From: Anaerolineae bacterium
Lineage (GTDB): Bacteria; Chloroflexota; Anaerolineae; JACIWP01
Length of the DNA: 64,000 nucleotides
Reading direction: 5' to 3'
Assembly (NCBI GenBank): GCA_028275445.1
Contig: JAPWUQ010000001.1
Span: 3,161 to 67,160, forward strand
Shown: positions 46,845-56,802 of the stretch, one piece after another
How the letters are laid out: each line of letters begins with the position of its first letter
How positions within the stretch are numbered: the stretch's first letter is position 1
Position numbers and translations under genes: made by a program
Notes under the pieces: generated by a model
Seen by the model: only the letters and a program-made list of their open reading frames with translations
What the model was told of the DNA's origin: nothing
Database searches by the model: none

Positions 46845-49256
46845 TCAGGGCCAGGCAATCTTGGTCAGCAGGATGGCGTCACCCAGCGGACTGCCGTGCT
46901 CGTCGAACGCCGGCAGTCTCTGCATCGTCTCCAGTTGATACAGCCCCATAATAAGGGAGTACTCGCCGGCCGGCGTGTCCATCTCGATGGGCAGGCGGTA
47001 GGCGTCAATGACCACCTCCCCCTTGTCCCAGATGGAGGTGGGATAGGAGCCGCCGCGCGGCTGGCTGTCCGCCTGCGAGACAATGGCCCCGGTGCTGTCC
47101 ACCAGATGGACGAAGGTGGTGTAATTGATGGGCATTTCTCGGAGCGCCTGCCACTCCAGGGTCAGCAGGATGGACTGCCCCTCCTTGCGAAGCTCATATC
47201 CCCAAAGCTGAATGACATCCCCAAAGCGCACCTGGAGCGGATGGGGCATGATGCGGGGGGTGCTCTCGATGGTGGTCTTCACCCCGACAAAGCCCAGGCG
47301 GGCATCGCCGAGCCGCTCCATGGAAGGGTACAGGTAAAGGCCGGCGAAAAGCTGATACGGGCCGGGTGGGAGGTCCGCCGGCACGGTGAAGTGATGGGTG
47401 TCCACCAGCCGCTCGCCGGGCTTCCACAGGCGGGTGGGGTAATAATCCCCGCCGGGCAGATGGTCACTGCCGGCCACACGGTTGCCGGCCTGGTCCAGGA
47501 GCTGGACGAAACTGCTGTAGTTGGCATTCATGCGCCCCAGCGGTTCCCAGTAGAGGGTTACTGTCAGGTCCTGCCCCGGGACGACGCTGTAGGGCGAGTG
47601 GTCATATCCCACCAGTCGTATCACGCCGCCGATGGTCACATCCGCCGGCCGCTGAGGGGGGCTGTCCGCCGCATACCCCGTGACCTGCACGAGGCCACTG
47701 CCGGCGGGCGTCAGGCGGTATTTCACCTCGATGCCGGGCATGGGCTTAATGAGATAGACCGGCCGGCCGCTGGTCAGCGCCTGGTCCACCACCTGCCCGA
47801 TATCCTCCCACGCAGGGTCGTTCATCACCACCTGCGGGAAGAGGCCGATGAGGTCCGTGCGCTGGCCCTCGATGTACTGGAAATACCACAGGGGCATGAT
47901 TTCATCGCGGTCATTGCTGATGAGCACCGCGCCGGCCGGCAGGGGTTGGGCCAGGATGCGCTTCCAGAAGAGCCAGGCCTGCCAGTCAGTATGGCGGTCA
48001 ACGTGGGGAAGCGTTTGGAAGAAGAGGTACACGGGCAGGGCAAAGGTTACTGCCAGCACCACCAGGCCGGCGAAATGGTGGGAGCCCACGCTGAAGCGTC
48101 CGAAGTGCAGGAGACCGTTGCGCGCGGAGCGGGTCCGCAGGCGCACCATCAGGTCGCCGGCTTGCCGGCAGAGCCAGGCCGTGCCGAGGCCCATCCAAAT
48201 CGCCCAGATCTGATACACAGGGATGAAAAAGACGGCGATGTCGCCAATGTCATAGACGAGGTTGAAGCCCAGCAGAGGGAGGAAGGCGCCGGCGGTGAGG
48301 GCGAGCAGGAGCCAGCGCCGCTCCCGAATCAGCCAGACGAAACCCAGCAGGCCAAGGATAATACCCACCGGGGTGAACTGCTGATTCAACAGGCCGATGG
48401 CCATTTCCAGCCGCGCCGGCGTGAGCAGTCGTAGGCGCACGGCGCCCTCGAACGAGCGCCCCAGCACATAGTTGAGGAAGCCGGCCAGGGATGGGTCATA
48501 CAGCCGCAGTGGCTTTTCTGGGCGCAGGGGGATTTCCAGGTACGGCGTGGCCGGCGCGCGAATAGGCACGTATAAATAGACCAGCAAGGGAAGCAGGGCC
48601 GGCGCCAGGAGCCAGGCCAGATGCTTCCACTCCAGCCGCTTCTCCCGACTGCCGGCCTCCGCCAGCCAGATGGTCAGGACGATGGCCGGCAGCCACAGGA
48701 TGATGGTGCGGTGATGGGCCAGCCCAAGGCCGAAGAACAGCGCGGTGGGGATCAGGCCCTTCCAGCCGCGATCTCCCTGGAGCCAACCCAGGAGCGTGTA
48801 GAGCAGGCCGGCGATAAGCAGGGCATTGAGCGCATATACCTCGGCGATCACCGCCTGGCTCCAGAAAGTAAGGGAGAAAGCCAGGAGCAGGGCAGAGAGG
48901 AGGGCGATGCCGCGGTGCAGGCCAGGATGGCGCAGGAAGCCGGCGATACGGATGACGCGCAGGGCGACCAGGTACATGACCGCCACAGCCGCGGCGGCGA
49001 ACACCGCCGACAGCAGGTTCATCTTGTAGGCCGGCGTGCCGAAGGGATAGAGTTGGCTCCACAACCAGCCCAGGATGAGATACAGGGGATAGCCGGTAGG
49101 GTGAGCGATGGCCGCCAGAGGAGCGGCGAACTGGAATTCGCCGGCATCCGCCATCAGCACCGAGGGGGCCAGGGTGGCAGAATACACGCAAAGGCTCAGC
49201 AGTCCGGACGCGGCGGCAATGATGTGGTCGCTGAAGCGGCGAATCCAATCTCCCAT
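46845..49256 (-). CDS. DUF2723 (TMEM260-like) polytopic membrane glycosyltransferase-like protein with two tandem C-terminal beta-domain repeats
   Basis: Start placed at the ATG at 49256 (MGDWIRRF..., AGGAAAG RBS). The DUF2723 N-terminal motif is present (AGEFQFAAPLAAIAHPTGYPLY). The C-terminal repeats resemble those of the GT39 protein at 22796-25639. Confidence 0.75.
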   Translation of the reverse strand: MGDWIRRFSDHIIAAASGLLSLCVYSATLAPSVLMADAGEFQFAAPLAAIAHPTGYPLYLILGWLWSQLYPFGTPAYKMNLLSAVFAAAAVAVMYLVALRVIRIAGFLRHPGLHRGIALLSALLLAFSLTFWSQAVIAEVYALNALLIAGLLYTLLGWLQGDRGWKGLIPTALFFGLGLAHHRTIILWLPAIVLTIWLAEAGSREKRLEWKHLAWLLAPALLPLLVYLYVPIRAPATPYLEIPLRPEKPLRLYDPSLAGFLNYVLGRSFEGAVRLRLLTPARLEMAIGLLNQQFTPVGIILGLLGFVWLIRERRWLLLALTAGAFLPLLGFNLVYDIGDIAVFFIPVYQIWAIWMGLGTAWLCRQAGDLMVRLRTRSARNGLLHFGRFSVGSHHFAGLVVLAVTFALPVYLFFQTLPHVDRHTDWQAWLFWKRILAQPLPAGAVLISNDRDEIMPLWYFQYIEGQRTDLIGLFPQVVMNDPAWEDIGQVVDQALTSGRPVYLIKPMPGIEVKYRLTPAGSGLVQVTGYAADSPPQRPADVTIGGVIRLVGYDHSPYSVVPGQDLTVTLYWEPLGRMNANYSSFVQLLDQAGNRVAGSDHLPGGDYYPTRLWKPGERLVDTHHFTVPADLPPGPYQLFAGLYLYPSMERLGDARLGFVGVKTTIESTPRIMPHPLQVRFGDVIQLWGYELRKEGQSILLTLEWQALREMPINYTTFVHLVDSTGAIVSQADSQPRGGSYPTSIWDKGEVVIDAYRLPIEMDTPAGEYSLIMGLYQLETMQRLPAFDEHGSPLGDAILLTKIAWP

Positions 49257-49315
49257 AGGCGGCTTTCCTGCCGGAATGACCCTCCCTCGCGGCCGTAATG
49301 CGGTCAAGCGGTGAC

Positions 49316-49343
49316 ATTATAACATAATCTGGTCAGATGCCAA
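49316..49343 (-). promoter_or_regulatory. Promoter for the DUF2723 gene (TTGGCA-N16-TGtTATAAT)
   Basis: The minus strand reads tTTGGCAtctgaccagattatgtTATAATgtc. Confidence 0.4.
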
Positions 49344-49441
49344 ACGAACAGGATGAGGGGATGCCGGCATTTATCGTCTGGCAGTTCAAGCCGGCTCTGG
49401 AGAAACCTGCGCCGGCAGGCCTCGCAGATGTCGCCGCGGCC

Positions 49442-51610
49442 TCAGCCGCCGAGCTGTGTCCGGCTCGATAAGCCCAGCACATGCTGGAGCGTGCGGACCA
49501 CGTCGGAGATGTCGAAGGGCTTCGCCAGGGCGGCGGCGAACCCCCATTCCTGATAGCGGCAGAAGGCCGGGTCATCCTGCAGGCCGCTGGTGACGATCAA
49601 CCGCGCATCGGGGTCTCGCTGGAGGATTTGCTGGGCGGCCTGCTTGCCGTCCATGCCGGCGCCGGCGATGGCCAGGTCCACGATGACGGCGTGGAACGGC
49701 TGGCCGGCGGCGCGCGCCTTCTCGAAGCGGGCGAGGGCCTCCTCGCCAGTACGGGCGCACTCGACGTAATAGCCCAGATAGCTCAGGGCCAGGCTCAGGG
49801 AGATGCAGAGCGCCTCATCGTCATCCAGCACCAGGACGCGGTGCTGATGTCCTGCCGCTGGACGCTTCATGATAGGCGCGGCGGTGGTAGACGAAGCAGG
49901 CTCGGCCGCCGGCAGGTAGATGTGGAATGTGCTCCCCTGGTTGGGGATAGATTCCACGGTCAAATGCCCGCCGTGACGCTGGACCACGCTGTGCGCCACG
50001 GACAGCCCCAGCCCGGTGCCGTTGGGTCGGGTGGTGAAATAGGGGTCAAAGATGTGCGGCAGGTCGTCGGGCCGAATGCCCGGGCCGTAATCGCGGATGG
50101 CGATGTGGACATACGGGCCGGCCGGCAGTGGCAGGGCGCTGTTCTCCGGCAGAAAGAGATTTTCCGCAACGATGTCCACCACACCCTGCTGGGACATGGC
50201 CTGCACCGCGTTGAGGACCAAGTTGCTGATCGCCTGGTTCATCTGGGTGACATCCATGGAGATGGGCCACAGGTCCGGCGGGAGGGAAAGCCGGCAGGTG
50301 ACCGATGTGCCGCTGGTTGCCAGCTCCGCGGCGCCGGCGATGACGTCGGCGATGTCCCCGGGCCGGCGCTCCGGCTCGCGGCCGCTGGAGAAGAGAAGCA
50401 GTTGCTCCGTGAGCGATTGGGCCAGCTTGATGGCCTGCCGCACGCGCCGGATGGCCTCGCGGGCCTCCGCCGGCTGGTCCAGGCACAGCTCCGCCAGGGA
50501 GACATTGGTCAGGATGGAGGAGAGATAATTGCGGAAGTCGTGGGCGATGCCGCTGGCGACCTTGGCCAGCGAGCCCAGGCGCAGGGCGCGCTGGCGCTCC
50601 TCTTCCATCTTGCGCTGTTCGGTGATATCGCGGAAGACCACGACGGCGCCGAGGGCGCGGCCGGCGTCATCGCGGATGGGAGCGATAGTCTCCAGCACTA
50701 CATGCTCCCGACCATCCTTGCCGACCAGCACACACTCGTAGCGCTCCAGCGGCTTCGGCCGGCCGTCGGCCAGCACGGCCAGCGTCCCAGGCGGCAGGAC
50801 CTCCCGGCTTACCGGATCCAGGGTGTGCATCACCTGGTCCATGGGGAGTCCGAGCGCCTCTTCCTGGCGCCAGCCGGTCAGCTCCTCGGCGATGGGATTC
50901 ATCAACAGCACCCTGCCGTCCACGTCGGAGGTGATGACGCCTTCGCCGATGGAGCGCAGGGTGACGCGCAGGCGCTCTTTCTCTGCGGCCAGCGCCATCT
51001 CGGCCTCTTTGCGGGCGGTGATATCTTGGACATAGACGACCACATAGGGGACGCCGGCCAGATGGACCAGGCGCGTGCCCACTTCCGTCGGGAAGATCGA
51101 ACCGTCTTTGCGTTTGGCTTTCGCCTCCACCATGGCCCAGCCATCTCGAAGCTCCCGCTCAACGAAGGCGGGGAAGGTTTGGGCGATCTCGGGCGGCACC
51201 ACGTCGGCGGCACGCTTCCCGCACAATTCCTCTTTGGTATAGCCCAGCATTTCGGCGGCGCGGTCGTTGCATTCGACGATGGTGCCGTCGAGCAGTTCGA
51301 GGAGGACGCCGGCCGGCGCCGCCTCAAAGAGGGCGCGGTATTTGGCCTCGCTTTCCTCAAGCTGCCGGCGGACGCGCGCACGCGCCTCCCATAGGACAGT
51401 GCTTTCCAGCGCCACCATCAGTCCGAGAAACACCAGGATCCCCCGCAGGACATACTCGTGGGGACGGAGGGAAAGCAGTGACTGCCAGAGGGTCTGCGAG
51501 GTGTAGCGCGCGTCGAGGACAGCATCCGCGAGCCAGATCAGGATGACGCAGGCCAGGCTGAGCAGCATCACCTGGACATAGGTGCGGTACTGTGGTTTCA
51601 TGGTATCCAT
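49442..51610 (-). CDS. Hybrid sensor histidine kinase / response regulator with PAS domains
   Basis: 722 aa. N-terminal transmembrane segment. Two PAS-like blocks. HisKA H-box GIAHDFRNYLS. HATPase. C-terminal receiver (VLVLDDDEALCISL...DLAIAG). Confidence 0.85.
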   Translation of the reverse strand: MDTMKPQYRTYVQVMLLSLACVILIWLADAVLDARYTSQTLWQSLLSLRPHEYVLRGILVFLGLMVALESTVLWEARARVRRQLEESEAKYRALFEAAPAGVLLELLDGTIVECNDRAAEMLGYTKEELCGKRAADVVPPEIAQTFPAFVERELRDGWAMVEAKAKRKDGSIFPTEVGTRLVHLAGVPYVVVYVQDITARKEAEMALAAEKERLRVTLRSIGEGVITSDVDGRVLLMNPIAEELTGWRQEEALGLPMDQVMHTLDPVSREVLPPGTLAVLADGRPKPLERYECVLVGKDGREHVVLETIAPIRDDAGRALGAVVVFRDITEQRKMEEERQRALRLGSLAKVASGIAHDFRNYLSSILTNVSLAELCLDQPAEAREAIRRVRQAIKLAQSLTEQLLLFSSGREPERRPGDIADVIAGAAELATSGTSVTCRLSLPPDLWPISMDVTQMNQAISNLVLNAVQAMSQQGVVDIVAENLFLPENSALPLPAGPYVHIAIRDYGPGIRPDDLPHIFDPYFTTRPNGTGLGLSVAHSVVQRHGGHLTVESIPNQGSTFHIYLPAAEPASSTTAAPIMKRPAAGHQHRVLVLDDDEALCISLSLALSYLGYYVECARTGEEALARFEKARAAGQPFHAVIVDLAIAGAGMDGKQAAQQILQRDPDARLIVTSGLQDDPAFCRYQEWGFAAALAKPFDISDVVRTLQHVLGLSSRTQLGG

Positions 51611-51675
51611 CTACCAGAAAAGTACGTCACCGATCCGCACCTCTCGCGGGGTCTCCTCATCCCACCCACATACCA

Positions 51676-51704
51676 ATTGTAAGCCGATGAGCAGAAAATG
51701 ACAA
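51676..51704 (-). promoter_or_regulatory. Promoter for the hybrid kinase (TTGTCA-N17-TACAAT)
   Basis: The minus strand reads cTTGTCAttttctgctcatcggctTACAATtgg. Confidence 0.45.
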
Positions 51705-51798
51705 GTTGGCGAAAGAGCAGTCAGGTAAATCTGTGTAGCTGTCAGTGTGACAATATAGCTGAAAGATACCCCTCCCTTGACAGCGGGGAGATGCCCCG

Positions 51799-52743
51799 TT
51801 AGCGGTACCGCAGGAATTCGGGGCCGCCGGCATCCAGGCCGGCGCTCACCTGCAAAGCCCCACGTGGGCAGGCGAATATACATTCCATGCAAAAAATGCA
51901 TTCCGTCGAAAGCACCCGCTGGCGCCGGCGCACGTACTCGAACACCTGAATATCCATCGGGCAGGCGCGCAGGCAGGCGCCGCATCCGTCGCATCGGTCG
52001 GCATCGCCGGCGATCTTCAACATGCTCGCGCGCGCCGGCAGTTTCTGGAGCGTGGGGATGGGGCATAGATATTTGCAGAAGGCGCGGTTGTCCCGCAGAA
52101 TGACGGCCAGGGCTATGCCGGCAGTATAGTACAGGGCGTTGCCTGCCAACAGCCAGTGGAGTTCCTCCAATCCCTGCTCGGCCGGCCGATATCCGCGCCC
52201 AAACCAGAGCCACAGCACCAGCCCCAGGCTGAGCGCAAAGTGCAGGTAGCGCAGGAAACCCCACGGCGCCGGCAGTCGCCCGGGCAACCGCCGGCGGAAG
52301 GGGAACAAGTCCAGGATCATGGCCGTCCAGCAGGACCATCCGCACCATCCCCGCTGAAAGATCAACGGCCCGACGATCTTGGCCACCAGGTAATGGATGA
52401 CCGAGCCGGCGAAAGTGCCGGCCAGCAGGTAAAAGAAAAAGCCCTCCAACTGCATGTTCTCGCGCTGGAGAAGGCCCAGGAAGACCAGCATATAGGAACC
52501 CACCAGGAACTGCGCCAGCCGGCGGCCCCAGGGCTTCTGCCGGCGCGGTGCGAGGATGAAGGCCGTCATCCCAAGCCCGACGGCTGAGCCGATGTAACCG
52601 AAGTTGAAGAGGTAAAAGGGCCGGCCGGTGGCGCGCCATAGGGCGATGCCCAGGCCCCAGAAGAGCACCATCATGCCCAGCGGTATGCGCAATGCCGGCC
52701 ACTTCTTTTCCTGCCGGCGCGCCGGCGCAGGTGACCCCGACAT
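51799..52743 (-). CDS. NapH/MauN-like polytopic membrane 4Fe-4S ferredoxin
   Basis: 314 aa. CGWSCW and CKYLCP membrane-embedded Cys motifs. The C-terminal CDGCGACLRACP...CIFCMECIFACP are two ferredoxin-type clusters. Confidence 0.75.
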   Translation of the reverse strand: MSGSPAPARRQEKKWPALRIPLGMMVLFWGLGIALWRATGRPFYLFNFGYIGSAVGLGMTAFILAPRRQKPWGRRLAQFLVGSYMLVFLGLLQRENMQLEGFFFYLLAGTFAGSVIHYLVAKIVGPLIFQRGWCGWSCWTAMILDLFPFRRRLPGRLPAPWGFLRYLHFALSLGLVLWLWFGRGYRPAEQGLEELHWLLAGNALYYTAGIALAVILRDNRAFCKYLCPIPTLQKLPARASMLKIAGDADRCDGCGACLRACPMDIQVFEYVRRRQRVLSTECIFCMECIFACPRGALQVSAGLDAGGPEFLRYR

Positions 52744-52752
52744 GGACTGGAC

Positions 52753-54039
52753 TCACTCCGGCCGCAGGACTGGACAGAGATCGCCGCCGTGGGTGATGAC
52801 CAGCACTTTCGCATGCTCCCCCTGGCGGGCGAAGGCACGCGCCAGGCCGGCCTCGATGCTCTCCGCCGGCGCATGCCCTACTACCGCCAGATCATCATCG
52901 CACAACCCGCTGGTCACCATCTGCACATAGGCCAGCTCATTGACCCGCGCCGCCACGACGGCGGTGTTCAGCCCCGTCCAATCCGTAAAGCCCCGGCGCG
53001 CCGCCTCGTGGCGGATGGCCTTGGAAGGCAGTCCTTGCGCCAGCCGCATGGCCTCCAGATGGTGAGGGTTGGTGGAGATCCCCTCCCAGCACGGGGAGAC
53101 AAGGATGATATCGCCGCCGCGCTTGACCACCAGCTCGGCGGCATAGAGCGCCTTGACGCCCTGCCAGTAGTCCAGGTCCGCAGGATGCGAGGAGATGACC
53201 ACGATGTCCGGCATGACCGGCACCGGCCGCACCCAGATCGGGGTCGCCAGCTCGACGGCGCGCCGGTGCGAGTGATAGGGGTCGCCGGCCACGACGTGCA
53301 CCACTTCTGCCTGGGCATTCAGCACGGTGTTGATCATACAGTCCAGCCGCACCCTCTGGACAATCGCCTCGATCTCCTGGCGGACGGGATTATCCAGCCG
53401 GCCCAGGTGCGGCACCGGGCTGTACATGTTCAGCGCATGGGTATGATGCGTGGTCTCCTCGCCGCAGACGCCCGGCTGGATGATTTTCGCGCCGCCGGAC
53501 CAGCCGGCCAAGCAGTGCGGCACCGTGTTGCCCACCGCCACCACCAAATCAGCCTCCACCACGCGGCGGTTCACCACAATGGGAGTGCCGTTGGGCGTGG
53601 TGCCCAGGTACACCAGGTTGGCCCGGTCCATGGCGTCGTGATTGATGACGGGATAGGCGGATATGACCTGCCGGCCCACCTTGCGCTCGATCTCCGCCGG
53701 CGTCATGGGCCGATGGGTGCCGGTCGCGATGAGAATCTCGATGTGAAGGTTTCTGCCGGCGGCCTCCAGCTCCTCCAGCAAAGGAGGGAGCAGGATGTGC
53801 TGGGGGGTGGGACGGGTCATGTCATCCACGATGATGACGATGCGCTGGCCGGCCCGCACGAGGTCCCGCAGGGGCGGCCGGCCCACCGGCTCCCGCAGGG
53901 CCTGCCGAACGAGGGCGGCGGGATCCGCCGCGGCCGGCACGTCCGCCGGCGTCATGACGCCGAGCAGGTTGCGGCGGGGCAGACGGAAGGAAAGGTTGGT
54001 ATCCCCATACGGCAGTGGAATCACGATGTCATCGGACAT
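52753..54039 (-). CDS. larA: LarA-like lactate racemase domain protein, second paralogue
   Basis: 428 aa. RIVIIVDDMTRPTP...ATGTHRPMT...GNTVPHCLAGWSGGAK resembles the LarA core and the 16298 gene. Confidence 0.8.
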   Translation of the reverse strand: MSDDIVIPLPYGDTNLSFRLPRRNLLGVMTPADVPAAADPAALVRQALREPVGRPPLRDLVRAGQRIVIIVDDMTRPTPQHILLPPLLEELEAAGRNLHIEILIATGTHRPMTPAEIERKVGRQVISAYPVINHDAMDRANLVYLGTTPNGTPIVVNRRVVEADLVVAVGNTVPHCLAGWSGGAKIIQPGVCGEETTHHTHALNMYSPVPHLGRLDNPVRQEIEAIVQRVRLDCMINTVLNAQAEVVHVVAGDPYHSHRRAVELATPIWVRPVPVMPDIVVISSHPADLDYWQGVKALYAAELVVKRGGDIILVSPCWEGISTNPHHLEAMRLAQGLPSKAIRHEAARRGFTDWTGLNTAVVAARVNELAYVQMVTSGLCDDDLAVVGHAPAESIEAGLARAFARQGEHAKVLVITHGGDLCPVLRPE

Positions 54040-54073
54040 GGGGCTTCACCAGGTGTATGGATAGGGGCCGTGC

Positions 54074-55387
54074 TCACAGCCGGCCGATAAAGCGTCCGGG
54101 CGAAAGGATGCCGGCAGGGTCAAAGCGCGCCTTGAGCGCCTGCATCAGCGGCCAATCGGAGCGGGGCGTGCCCCAGACGTCCAGATGCACCTTATGTTCC
54201 GCCGGGATGCGTTCGATGATGGCATGGCCGCCCATCTCGCCGGCCAGCGACTGCAGGGTCGAGGCGATCAGCGAAAGGTGCGCATCCCGCGCCTGCGCCA
54301 TCAGGTACAGCACGCCCAGGCCGGGGCGCGCCAACAGGTTCAGGCTGGCCTGGCCCTCCGCCTCCAGGTGCTGGACGGCGGACCAGAGACTGCCTACTGC
54401 CGAGATGGGCACATACAGGCGCACCACCAGGGGTTCCGGCGAAACGGCCGGCATATCCTGCACCAGCCGGCGGATCTGCTGGCCCTCTGGTTCCTCGTCG
54501 GCCAACTGCTCCACATGGCGGGCCTGCACGCTGGCGGCCATGGCGCTCAGGTCCCGGTACTGCCGCTGGATGACCTCCGGCGTCCCCTCCAACCCGATGA
54601 CGCCCCACAGGGATACGTCCGAGCGGTTCGGCACCACGCGCCCCTGCACCAGGTCGAGGGAAGTGGGCAGGAGGACGGAATCGAGCACCTGCTGGACGAA
54701 GGCAAAGGCATCGCCGGCGCGGTCAAAGCCGATCAGCATCCAGCGGCGCTCGGGCGGCATGGGGAAGAGCCGGCAGGTCACGCGCGTGATGACGCCCAGG
54801 GTGCCGTAGGAACCGATAAAGGCGCGGGTCAGGTCATAGCCGGCGACGTTCTTGACCGTTTTCCCGCCCACATCGATCACCTCACCGTTCGCCAGCGCCA
54901 CCTGCATTCCCAGCACGATATCGCGCGCCGCGCCGTAGCGCAGGCGGGATGGGCCGAAGGCATTGGCGGCCACCACGCCCCCCAGCGTTGCCCGTTCGGC
55001 CGCCGGCGGGTCCAGGGGCAGGAGCTGTCGCTTGCCTTCGACAAGCTCCTGCAGGGCGCGCAGGGTACAGCCGGCGCCGGCGGTCAGCGTCAAATTCGGC
55101 GCGTCATAATCCACAATCTCGTCCAGCGCGCCCAGGTCCAGCGCCACGTCGTAGCGCCGGGGGATATTGCCGATACCCATCTGCGTGCCGCTTCCCCAGG
55201 GGATGACCCCCCAGCCCTCGCGCGAGCACAGCGCCAGCAGTTCCCCCACCTCGCCGGCATCCTGGGGTCGCGCCACGATGGACGGCCGGCGGCCGTCCAC
55301 CTCACATGCGGAACAGAGGTCCGATGTGATCACCTGCTGTGGTGAAAGCACACGTTCCAGCTTGGTCAGCATCTCTTCGGGGTTCAT
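54074..55387 (-). CDS. glcE: FAD-binding oxidase, GlcE-like subunit
   Basis: 437 aa. FAD-binding PCMH domain (ARPQDAGEVGELLALCSREGWGVIPWGSGTQM). Confidence 0.8.
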   Translation of the reverse strand: MNPEEMLTKLERVLSPQQVITSDLCSACEVDGRRPSIVARPQDAGEVGELLALCSREGWGVIPWGSGTQMGIGNIPRRYDVALDLGALDEIVDYDAPNLTLTAGAGCTLRALQELVEGKRQLLPLDPPAAERATLGGVVAANAFGPSRLRYGAARDIVLGMQVALANGEVIDVGGKTVKNVAGYDLTRAFIGSYGTLGVITRVTCRLFPMPPERRWMLIGFDRAGDAFAFVQQVLDSVLLPTSLDLVQGRVVPNRSDVSLWGVIGLEGTPEVIQRQYRDLSAMAASVQARHVEQLADEEPEGQQIRRLVQDMPAVSPEPLVVRLYVPISAVGSLWSAVQHLEAEGQASLNLLARPGLGVLYLMAQARDAHLSLIASTLQSLAGEMGGHAIIERIPAEHKVHLDVWGTPRSDWPLMQALKARFDPAGILSPGRFIGRL

Positions 55388-56802
55388 GATGGAACTCCCA
55401 CGCTGGTTTGCGGCAGGACTTTGCCGGGGTTTAACAGGTCAATCGGGTCAAAGGCTTCTTTCACCCACCGCATGGCCTGGATGGCGGCCGGCGAGGCGAT
55501 CAGCGGCATGCCGTGGATTTTCTCCAGCCCGATGCCGTGTTCGCCGGTGATGGTGCCACCGGCCTCCACACAAATGCGCATAATCTCCGCGCCGGCGCGC
55601 TCCACCAGCTCCAGAATGCCCTCCTCGCGCGGGTCAAAGAGAATGAGCGGGTGCAGGTTGCCGTCGCCGGCGTGGAAGACGTTGCCGATGGGCAGGCCGT
55701 AGCGCTGGCCGATCTCCCGCACCTGGCGCAGGACCTGCGGGAGGGCGGTGCGGGGCACCGTGCCGTCGTTGACCAGGTAGGCCGGCTTGATACGGCCCGT
55801 GGCGCCGAAGGCACCGCGCCGGCCGGCCCACAGCTTATCCCGCTCCTCCGCGCTCCGCGCCACCTGCACCGCCCGGGCGCGGTTGCGCCGGCAGATCTCC
55901 ACGATCTGCTCGGCGATCTCTTCCATGCCGTCCTTCAGACCGTCCAGCTCGATGATGAGCACCGCCTCGGCGTCGGTAGGATAGCCGGCATGGGTGGCCT
56001 CCTCGACGGCGCGCATCATCAACTGGTCCATCATCTCCAGCGTGGCCGGCACAATGCCGGCGGCGATGATGTCGGATACCGCCTGGCTGGCACCGTCCAG
56101 GTCGTCGAAAATGGCGAGCATGGTCTTGATGGCCTCGGGCACATGCAGGAGGCGCACCGTCACCGCGGTAACGACTCCCAGGGTGCCCTCGGAACCGACC
56201 AACAGGCCCACCAGGTCATAGCCGGGCGTGTCAAACGCTTTGCCGCCGAGCTGGATCACCCGGCCGTCGTACAGCACCACTTCCAGTCCCAGCACATGGT
56301 TGGTGGTGACGCCGTACTTCAGGCAGTGGGGGCCGCCGGCGTTCTCCGCCACATTGCCGCCCAGGGTGGAGACCTTCTGGCTGGCCGGGTCCGGCGCGTA
56401 CAGGTAGCCGTACGGCGCAAGGATCTCCTGCAGTGCCAGGTTGTACAGGCCGGCCTCCACCACGGCGCGCTGATTGGGGATATCAATCTCGCGCACCTTT
56501 GTCATGCGCGAAAGGGTCAGCACAATGCCGCCCTGGGAGGCCACAGAGCCTCCGCTCAGGTTAGTGCCGCCCCCGCGCGGGATGACGGGGATGCGGTGGG
56601 CATGTGCCAGCGCCATAATGCGGGAGACCTGCTCCGTGCTCTCCGGGAAAACCACCACATCCGGCCGGCCGGAATGGATGGACGCGTCATAGGCATAGAG
56701 CAGGAGGTCCTCCGGGTCCGTCAGCACATGTTCCGGGCCAACAATTTCCCGCAAGGCATGAAGGATGCTCTCGTCTATCATCGCACTGCTCCCTGCCGGC
56801 AT
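55384..56802 (-). CDS. glcD: FAD-linked oxidase, GlcD-like (glycolate/D-lactate dehydrogenase catalytic subunit)
   Basis: Start at 56802, overlapping the glcF stop by ATGA. VVFPESTEQVSRIMALAHAHRIPVIPRGGGTNLSGG is the FAD-binding motif. C-terminal FAD-oxidase_C domain. Confidence 0.85.
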   Translation of the reverse strand: MPAGSSAMIDESILHALREIVGPEHVLTDPEDLLLYAYDASIHSGRPDVVVFPESTEQVSRIMALAHAHRIPVIPRGGGTNLSGGSVASQGGIVLTLSRMTKVREIDIPNQRAVVEAGLYNLALQEILAPYGYLYAPDPASQKVSTLGGNVAENAGGPHCLKYGVTTNHVLGLEVVLYDGRVIQLGGKAFDTPGYDLVGLLVGSEGTLGVVTAVTVRLLHVPEAIKTMLAIFDDLDGASQAVSDIIAAGIVPATLEMMDQLMMRAVEEATHAGYPTDAEAVLIIELDGLKDGMEEIAEQIVEICRRNRARAVQVARSAEERDKLWAGRRGAFGATGRIKPAYLVNDGTVPRTALPQVLRQVREIGQRYGLPIGNVFHAGDGNLHPLILFDPREEGILELVERAGAEIMRICVEAGGTITGEHGIGLEKIHGMPLIASPAAIQAMRWVKEAFDPIDLLNPGKVLPQTSVGVPS